The position numbers and the translations under genes are program-made. Shown here piece after piece: positions 54,940 through 64,000 of a stretch of 64,000 nt of DNA. Every line of letters starts with the position of its first letter. Position 1 is the first letter of the stretch. Source of the stretch: Octopus vulgaris (lineage: Eukaryota); NCBI GenBank assembly GCA_951406725.2, contig OX597819.1, positions 70,556,001 through 70,620,000 of the forward strand. Reading direction: 5' to 3'. The notes under the pieces were generated by a model. The model was not told where the DNA came from. It did not search any database and was given only the letters and a program-made list of their open reading frames with translations.

Positions 54940-55213
54940 GGTTGGTCACGATAATGACGGTTCCAGTTAATCCAATCAACACAACAGCCTGTTCATGAAA
55001 TTAACGAGCAAGTGGCTGAGCACCCTTAACATAGTTCTTGGGAAGATTCAATATGACAAGGCTAGCCCTTTGAATTTCAAATACAACTCCTTACTACCAG
55101 TTGAGAGACTGGAGCAAATTGAAATAGTGTCTTGCTCAAAAACACAACGTGCTGCTGGGAATCGAACTCATAACTTTAGTTTTGAGTAAAATACCCTAAC
55201 TACATGCCTTCAC
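54940..55213 (-). mobile_element. decayed tRNA-derived SINE
   Basis: B box GAGTTCGATTCCC on the minus strand followed by tgagcaagacact. Confidence 0.6.
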
Positions 55214-55341
55214 TAAGTCAATAACATTGGTATTGTTATACAGGAATTTCAAATATTTGCAGTAAGTACATGCAAGATGTACCACCATAAAACTTACGTC
55301 ATACATTTGTTACGTGAACTAAAAAGTAGTAATAAATATGA

Positions 55342-55700
55342 GGCGTGGATGTGGGGCCAAGAAGCTTGGTTCCGGGTTCGGTCCCACTGCGTGGCACCTT
55401 GAGCAAGTGTTTTCTATAGCCTTGGGCTGATTAAAACCTTGAGTAGATTTGGTAGACAGAAACTGAAAGAAGCCCGTCGTTTATGTATGTACTTGTGTCT
55501 GTGTTTATACACCCGCCCACCATCGCTTGACAGCCGATGTTGCTGTGTTTACATCCTACTGTGACTTAGCAGTCTGGCAAAAGGAACCGAAAGAGTAAAT
55601 AAGCTTACAAAGAATAAGTCTGAGGTCGATTTCTTCGACTAAAAAGGTGGTGCTCCAGCATAGCCGCAGTCAAATGACTGAAACAAGTAGGATAAAAAGA
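55342..55700 (+). mobile_element. SINE family A
   Basis: Colinear with family A. Confidence 0.8.
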
Positions 55701-56349
55701 ATTATTTCTGTTGTTAGGTCTGAGTTCCCTGGGTCTAATTTCTGAAATATTTCAAAATCTCAATGCAATTCAATGAAAAAGCTGTGCAAGGGAGACAACA
55801 CCTGAAGTGGTTTGCATTTTCGTTTAGCGCCCTGTAATTTTAATAAAATATTTGCCAAGATGCCGATCTTTCCCTCGTCAGATATTTCTTATTAGATTTT
55901 TAATATTCATTCTATTAGCAGTAATAAAGTAAATACTAATTAAACTAACTTAATTATTGAAAGTGATCTCCTTTCAAAGTTAAACATGGTTATAGAATTC
56001 CTTGGCAGATGTATATATAGTTTACTGTTTTCAAACAGACTGCAGCCACGCTGGGACACTGGCTTGAATTTTGGCTTTGAGTGGCCCAGGCTATAGTAGA
56101 ACGCTTGCCCAAGAAGCTGCACAGGGGGACTGAACCCAAGACCATACGGTTTGGAAGTAAGCTTCTTAACCTCACTGCCACGGCTGCACCAATAGCCAGC
56201 CTTTCTCTAGAGTTAATGAACAATAAATCTAATACATTTGATTTGTTACATAAATTTTGATGACAAATATTGCAATTAGTAGTTTATCTCTAATTGCATA
56301 CAGACTACGTTTTTATTTATTAAACTGAAAATTGTAACCTCAGACTTAG

Positions 56350-56581
56350 TCTTTTATTTGTTTTAGTCATTTGACTTCGGCCATGCTGGAGCACTGCCTT
56401 TAGTCGAACAAATTGACTGAGGACTTATTCTTTGTAAGCCTAGTACTTATTCTATCAGTCTCTTTGCCTAACTGCTAAGTTACGGGGACATAAACACACC
56501 AACATCGGTTGCCAAGCAACTGTGGAGGACACACACACACAAACGTATATTATATATATTATACATATATATATTATACAT

Positions 56582-56638
<57 letters not shown>

Positions 56639-56795
56639 GGGCTTCTTTCAGTTTGCATCTACCAAATTTACTCACAGGGCTTTGGTCAGCCTGAGGCTAT
56701 AGAAGACACTTGGCCAAGGTGCCATGGAGTGGGACTGAAACCAGAGCCATGTGATTGGAAAGCAAGCTTCTTGCCACACAACCAATTCTGTGCCT
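56350..56795 (-). mobile_element. SINE family A (inverted relative to the 55342 copy)
   Basis: Reverse complement of family A. Confidence 0.8.
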
Positions 56796-58249
56796 CACCT
56801 GTTATAATTGAATATCTTGTGTCTTTTACTCACCTCATATCTTGAGGGTCCCCACCCTGATACCTCATCATTTCTATCTCTTCTCAGTTCCATCCCAATC
56901 ATTGCTCACCATCTTCTAGAATATGAGTAGTCATATAGTTAGCTCCCCTACAGCAACAAACCTGTTCTGCTCTGGACTCTTCTCTCATACGTAGCGTAGC
57001 TAAAGTGTGTGCCATCTGGGGTGGCCCTTCCGTTTGCTTCCTCCTCACCCGAACCCCACCAAAATCACATACTGCCTACAGCAGACCCAAAAGTGCCGTC
57101 CTGGGGAAGACCGCCCCTACTACCCCCACCCCCAGCTACACTAGTGCTTTAACCTCTTTTCTCCTAGTATATAGATACCTTATTCGGGAATCATAGTCTT
57201 GTGAGCTGTATGGCAACTTCATTAGTACAAGTGCCATGAAAAAAAGTACCCAGTACATGCTGTAAAGTGGTTGGCATTAGGAAAGGCTTCCAGCTGTAGA
57301 ATTTATGCTAAAGTAGACAAGGGAGAACAATGCAGTCTTTGGACCCACTGGATCCTATCAAATTATCCTACCCATGCCTACATGGACATTAAATCATGAT
57401 GATGGTGGTATAAAACTCTATGCCACTTTCTTTTTGTTCATTGATACTGTCATGCTGAAGGAATGTTACATATAAATATATACGTAACACACACACACGC
57501 ACATTACAGAGTGTACTTGCATAGCAAGTGACCTGAGATTGTGTGCTGATATACAGATAGATAGATAGATACCTGACTGGATAGATACAGAAATTGGTTC
57601 ATTGTTTAACCATGTGTATGAAAAAGTAAAAATAGAGACAGAGAATGAGTGATATACATACATACATATTTATGAAAGAGGGAGAGATGGATGGACGGCA
57701 GACAGACTGACGGATGTATAGATCGATCGATAGATAGATAGGCAGACAGACAAATAGATACATAGGTAGATAGGTAGGTTTGTAGTGTCAGAGAGAGTAA
57801 AACGGGGTGATAGTGGGCGTAACACCTTACACCCACACAGTGACAACTATTCTCCCCCCCCATCTCTCTCTCTGTCCCACTCCCTCTCTTTGAGCTGTAC
57901 GTAATTCCAACTCAAACGAGAAATAAGGTTAACTCGAAATTACAGAGTGAGGATTACGAAGATCAATGAAAACTCAAGGAAATAAAATATTTTCTAAATA
58001 CATATTGTAAGGAAGAGATTATTACATTAAACAGATTTCTATACTAATATTTGTGTCGGTATAATTTGTTCCTTAAATAAATAAACAATTTTTATGAGGA
58101 TTACGTTAATAATTATACAGAGATAAGTCACAAATAGTTTGTTAATATTAAATGAAATATTAACCAAGAAATTTAGACGTATACAACATCGTTGCGATTT
58201 AAAATAGCCATAGAATAAATAAAGAAAATATATTTATTTACACAAGATT

Positions 58250-58657
58250 CATTCGCGGCTGATTGCAAAAATTTCCAAAAATTCCCCCCAAATCCCCCCG
58301 TCCGCTTTCCCAAATACGCCTGTCAAATTTCGATACGGAACACCGATAGAGGTAAGGGGATTTGGTCATATGAATCCACCATCACTAAAGTAGCAGGCGA
58401 CTGAAAGAAAATAATGAATGAGATGAGATATGAGTGGAGGGTGTGAGTATGCCTGCTTAAAGAGTGGTGAAGGAGGTTTTATATTAAAGACCCGGATGAC
58501 GCTCACTTAAATATCTGCACATTTTTGCGCAAAACAGCGACAGACCTCACTGCGATTCATTAAGTTCGTGTGAGCTGCTTTTTAGCTGCAATTTTCGAAG
58601 AAAAGAAAAAAAAATATAATTTCTTTTTAAAGACTTTTGTGCCAAAAAATGGTAAGC
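58250..58657 (+). promoter_or_regulatory. putative promoter, 5'UTR and ATG-only first exon of a second gene
   Basis: CpG-retaining non-repeat sequence. TATATTAA at 58480, Inr-like TCACTT at 58503, aaaaaATG|gtaagc at 58649-58657. No matching downstream coding exon recognised in the window. Confidence 0.5.
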
Positions 58658-58771
58658 AAATAATTTACTTATTTGATATATTTATTTGTTTTTGAAAGAT
58701 TACACAAAACGTAATTTGCGGCATAAAACGAGCAAAAAGAAATAACTGTGCATATACATACATACATACCT

Positions 58772-58813
<42 letters not shown>

Positions 58814-60024
58814 GAGAGAGAGAGAGAGGGGGGAGATAGATAGATATACATTGCTATAATAGTAAATAAGAAAATAATATATTTAGATTATTTTCATTGT
58901 CAAAAACGTTGCCAAGTGTCCTAAATTGAAAGTTTCTTAGCCTTCCTTTACATCTTTACATTCAAAATTAATGCTAAATCTAGGAGTCAGTCAGTGGTTT
59001 CGTTCATACACCATTATATGAAGAGATTTATATTTTCACGCCATCGAATTCCTTGATTTCTGCTCAAATGGTTCATTTCAATAACAATGAAATTGAATTA
59101 AATGATAGAAGAATCTTAACGAAAATAAAAGAACTCTGTCGGTCCTCAGATGATGTCATGAAAATATTCCAATTGAGACTAAACGTTTATGTCACAATTT
59201 CGCAATTTTGGAAAAAAAAATACATACAGTCAAGCGCTATGTTACAGAATAGGAGAAATACATACATACTATATACATTATCTATCTATCCATCTATCTA
59301 CCTACCTACATACCTACCTACCTACCTACCTACCTACATACCTACCTACCTACATACATACATACATACATACATACATACATGCCTATCTATCTATCTA
59401 TTTATCTATCAAATGTGTAATTTAATCTATAAATACTGAACATATAATATACATAATATATATACATCATTATTATCCTCTTCATTTAAGGCCCATGTTA
59501 CACGCTGGCATGGGTTGGACAAGTTCCGTCCGACCCATGCAAAGATGGAAAAGTGAACGTTAAACTTATGATGGTGCCTAATATGAAATGTATAGTAGAG
59601 AAGTTAAAAAGTTTGTTTTGCAACAGCAGGGTTCTGGGCTCAGACAATTCGACACCTGGGGAAGTGTTTTTAACTAGAGCCGTGTGAGTGAATTTAGTAA
59701 ATGGAAACGGTGTGGAAGCCTATTTTGTGTGTGTGTGTGTGCGTGCACTTCTTTCTGTTTGTAGTTGTACCTTACCATCGCACTAGACAACCGCTGTTGG
59801 GTCGTTTACATCCCCGTAACTTAGCGGTTCAACAAAAGACACCGATACAAAAAAATACGTACTGAAATTATTTGTTCGACTAAACCGTTCAAGGCACTGC
59901 CCCAGTATGGCCGCCTTCCAATGAATGAAACAAGTAAAAGATAAAAGGAAATTATATGTATCTTTTTCTTTCTTTCTCTCTCTTTCTCTCTCCCTACACA
60001 CACACACACACACATATATATGTA

Positions 60025-60261
60025 CAGTAACCCCTCGCCATATCGCGGTTCACCTATCGCAGTTTATTATTTAAGCTTACGTCGATTCCTCTGTGGTGTT
60101 GTTTTGCATTTATAATAAAACAAATATATACAAATTATCAAAAATAATTTTTTAAAAATATATACAGTACTGTTTCTACTTCCCGGATTTTCACCTATCG
60201 CGTAGGTGGGTGGGGGGGAAGAAGTTGGAACGAAACATCCACGATAGTCGAGGGATTACTG
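60025..60261. mobile_element. pogo/Tigger-like MITE
   Basis: TIRs CAGTAACCCCTCG ... CGAGGGATTACTG, with TA on the left flank. Confidence 0.75.
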
Positions 60262-60362
60262 TGTATATATATATAGTAGAGAGAATGAGAAGAAGTAAAA
60301 ATCGATTGGCATGGATCTGCTACTAAGAAATACACACGCACACACAATGTGTGTGTGTGTGT

Positions 60363-60418
<56 letters not shown>

Positions 60419-60862
60419 AATATAATATAATGTTCCTTCTCATTCCATCGTTATTTCTTAATAGCAGATCCATTCCAATCGATTTTTACCTCTCCTGTTT
60501 GGTAACGTTATATGAAAAATCAGAGTGGAACAACTATTCCTTGGATGCTGCCTCAACGCTGTCATCCTTCAATCCTGTCTATGACCAAAACGTGGTTCCA
60601 TGAATGCTGGATATTTTTGCTGCTTTCACTGGAATTTCATTGATCTGGGAATTAGTTACAACTCTTAAGTACTTCGATTACCAGCTAGCTTGGTTTTCAT
60701 TTTTTCCATTTCACTACAGACACAGACGAATACACACAAACGCACATACAGACACATGTATGTATATGTGAATGTTTATATATATTTGTGTGTGTGTATA
60801 TATATATATATATATAGACAGATAGATGCCTGTCTATATAAATAAATAAATATATATAAATA

Positions 60863-61107
60863 CAAAATTTAGAGGACTGACCACTAAAGTGGACAACTTA
60901 TATGCTAAACATAGACGTCAAATCGCCATTACCACGAAGAATGTGTTCTCAAGAAAAATCTCAGCAAAAAAACAAAATGTAAAAAAATGTATTTTGTTTT
61001 TTTTGCTGAGATTTTTCTTGAGATCACATTCTTCGTGGTAATGGCGATTTGACGTCTATGTTTAGCATATAGGATGTCCACTTTAGTGGTCAGTCCTCTA
61101 AATTTTG
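60863..61107. mobile_element. foldback MITE (near-perfect palindrome, TA flanks)
   Basis: Arms of about 118 bp (60860-60978 and 60991-61110) with about 3 mismatches and one indel, a 12-nt loop and TA on both sides. Confidence 0.85.
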
Positions 61108-61814
61108 TATGTAACACAATTTTTAATCTTCGGATTTTTTGAATATGCTAAGCCACTGGTTTTAATTGATTAATATCAATTTCTACCTTTATTATTTAAT
61201 ATATATATATGTGTGTGTGTGTGTGTGTATGCGTGCCTGTATATATGTGTGTGTACACGTTTTTACGTGTATGAGTGAAACCACGAGAGAAATAGAGAGA
61301 GAGAGAGAGAGACAGGTGTAGTTTAGACAGGTGTAGTTGGGTTTCAGTGTGTAGATTTTTGGAGACAATTTCATTTAAAATATATTTTAGATAATTATAA
61401 GCAGATTTCCTATATTGGAAATAAAAAATAATGCTTAGATAAGAGAAAAAGTGCTTTTTTTTTCTAAAGTAAAATACCCATTTTGAAACGAATTTTGGGT
61501 CTGAAATTTTTCTCTACTTCCTCCAAAACGTCCGGTTCCCGGATAATTATAATTCAAACAGATTTTTTTTTACAACCAGCTTTAAAAATCTCTCTCTCCA
61601 AATCAAAATCAAAATTTTCTATTTCTTTACGATATACGCAATAATGGAATGGAAGAACACAAGGTGGTTCTGGTAGTAGTTGTTCATAGGTAGGCCGAAA
61701 CTGAAGGAAAATCAATTTGTTATTTGGCAGGAAACTCGACAGTATCATCTCTCTCTCTTCTCTTCTCTCTCTCTCTCTCTCTCGCTTCTCTTTCCTTTTG
61801 TCTCTCATAAATAT

Positions 61815-62040
61815 ATATTTCTTTACTGTCCACAAGGGGCTAAACACAGAGGGGACAAACAAGGACAGACTAACGGATTAAGTCGATTACATCGACCCCA
61901 GTGCGAAAGTGGTACTTTATTTATCGACCCCGAAAGGATGAAAGGCAAAGTTGACCTCGGCGGAATTTGAACTCAGAACGTAACGACAGACGAAATACGG
62001 CTACGCATTTCGCCCGGCGTGCTAACCGTTCTGCCAGCTC
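61815..62040 (-). mobile_element. family B SINE, CpG-intact
   Basis: atcgaccccgaaaggatgaaaggcaaag...cgcccggcgtgctaacc. Another copy lies at 62472-62682. Confidence 0.8.
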
Positions 62041-62048
62041 GAATATAA

Positions 62049-62460
62049 TCTATAATATAAATTGGACATGGGCAATCGTTGTATTCTTTCTTGTCTTGAG
62101 GTTCACAGGCAAACGGCTGGGTGGATTCGCATGAAAAATGGCACACATGTGGAGACAGGTGCATAGATTGGAATGCAGTTTGTATTTTTTTCCTAACCCC
62201 CCATACTTACCGAGAAAATCGATTAAAACGTTTTCTTATAAAATTTTCCTCTTTCTTCTGCCATTAAAACAACCAGTTGCTTAGAAACTGTTTTCTGACG
62301 GGGTGGGGGTCAGGAAATTTTCACATAGTTGGAGGCTCCACTCGAAACAGGGGACCCGAAATGATATGGTTGACAAACGCTGTTATAGATTATGCCTAAC
62401 CAAAAACGATCACAGCCACATCATCCAAACAGACCGGGTGAAACTGGGCTTAGCTGCTAG
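62049..62460 (+). mobile_element. probable non-autonomous Helitron
   Basis: A|TCTATAATATAAA start; 3' CCGG-gtgaaa-CTGG hairpin then CTAG. The following base is C rather than T. Confidence 0.5.
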
Positions 62461-62931
62461 CTATCTGTAAATGGGTTTCAAATTTTGGCACAAGGTCAGC
62501 AATTTCGGGGCCTAGTCAATTACACCGACCCTAGTGCTCAACTGGTAGCTATTTTATCGATTCTCGAAAGAGACGAGAAACAAAGTCGACTTAGGCGGAA
62601 TTTGAACTCAGAACGTAAGCACGAACGAAGTGCTGCTAAGCATTTCGTCCGGCGTGCAAGCGATTCTGCCAGCTCGCCGCCTATATATCAATAGTCATCT
62701 GTAAATTGATTTAACCTCTGTGGTTGAGCATCTGGAACATCTGTCGCAAGGTTCTCAACAACCACAATAGTGAAATGCGCGTAGGCTCTTTTGATATAAA
62801 TTGTGTTTATCTTCATTTCACACACGCGCACGTGCATAATGTGTATGTATAAGTTTGGTAAGTACCATACACGAAACTCTCGGTCCTTGAATCACTTGGT
62901 AACTTTTGCCGATTAAAAATCTTTCCCTGAT

Positions 62932-63452
62932 AGGCATGGCTGTGAGATAAGAAGCTAGCTACGCCAGGTTCAGTTCCACTGCGTGGAACCTTCGGCAAGT
63001 GTCTTCTACTATAGCCTCGGGCTAGCCAAAGCCTTGTGAGTAGATTTGATAGATGGAAACTGAAAGAAGCCCACCACGGAGGCAAAGTGGCTGAGTTCCT
63101 TTCGAGCGTTGGGCTTCACGGAGGCAATGACCGAGACCTCTGGCATTATGTTGTGCTTGAGAAGAAGACCCATCAAACTGAACAAAATCGCAGTCGTGGC
63201 AGATACTGGTGTCACGCAAAATGGCATCCGTGCCGGTGGCACGTAAAAGCACCTTGGTGTCACGCAAATGGTACCCGTGCCGGTGGTACGTAAAATCACC
63301 CGTTACACTCTCGGAGTGGTTGGTGTTAGGAAGGGCATCCAGCCGTAGAAAACCATGTCAAATCAGACTGGAGTCTGGTGCAGCCTTCCAATGTGTCAGC
63401 CCGGTTAAACCGTCGAACCCATGCCAGAATGGACAACGGACGTTAAATGATG
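62932..63452 (+). mobile_element. SINE with family A head and RTE-derived 3' tail
   Basis: Family A head up to gaaagaagccc, then a body ending ...ggaagggcatccagc...gacgttaaatgatga like the RTE tail at 8169-8400. Confidence 0.75.
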
Positions 63453-64000
63453 ATATATATATATGTGTGTGTGTGTGGGTGGGGGGCACTCTATCCGTCA
63501 GTGATCGTTAACCTGGAACTATTGACATTATATACCATTCAGCAGTGTCCAGGCGGGCGTGTCAACTAAGCACTCCACCCTTTATGTTGCTGCTGAGTTT
63601 CCTCCTCCCCTCCCTCCAATTAATTTCTTCGGTCTCCTGTTTCCAACGACGAAATTTTACGATGTTGCCCCCGCCTCTCCCCATCACTACCACCCCCACC
63701 TACTCAAATTTTTATCCCACCCTCAGTTTTTTTTTTAAATTTTAAGCATTCGTTTATTATTATTATTTGCAAAATTTTAATGTTGCTTTCATATATTTTA
63801 CACTTTCGAATTTGTGGTCATACACTGAAAAAAAAAATGATTGTGTATATATATAATGCATACACAAAGACAATATGTACGTATATATGAATATATATTA
63901 TATACACATATACGCACATGTACGTATGTATATCTATATATATATATAGAGTATATATATATATATTTAAAATTTCCACTTATTTACTTATTTATTTTTC

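Overview
AT-rich animal genomic DNA, dense in microsatellites and repeats. The tRNA-derived SINE families resemble those of Octopus (coleoid cephalopod); this is inferred from the repeats, not proven. One complete protein-coding gene is well supported: a 3-exon alpha-tubulin on the + strand (ATG 46434-46436, 47000-47222, 51175-52304; 451 aa, MREC...EEY). A second promoter-like region with an ATG|gtaagc first exon at 58649 may start another gene, possibly a tandem tubulin paralogue, that continues beyond the window. The rest is mostly transposon debris: SINEs, decayed CR1 and RTE LINEs, mariner and maT transposase relics, MITEs, non-autonomous Helitrons and a decayed 28S rRNA fragment. The most notable non-obvious signal is a set of minimal type I hammerhead-ribozyme motifs in several unrelated short repeats, including a tRNA-headed SINE-like element that carries a hammerhead. 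Also notable are two long hairpins, genomic tubulin codons that A-to-I editing could restore to consensus, and a CpG-decay boundary. Almost all entries in the supplied ORF track are spurious microsatellite or SINE ORFs. Repeat boundaries were read by eye and are approximate.
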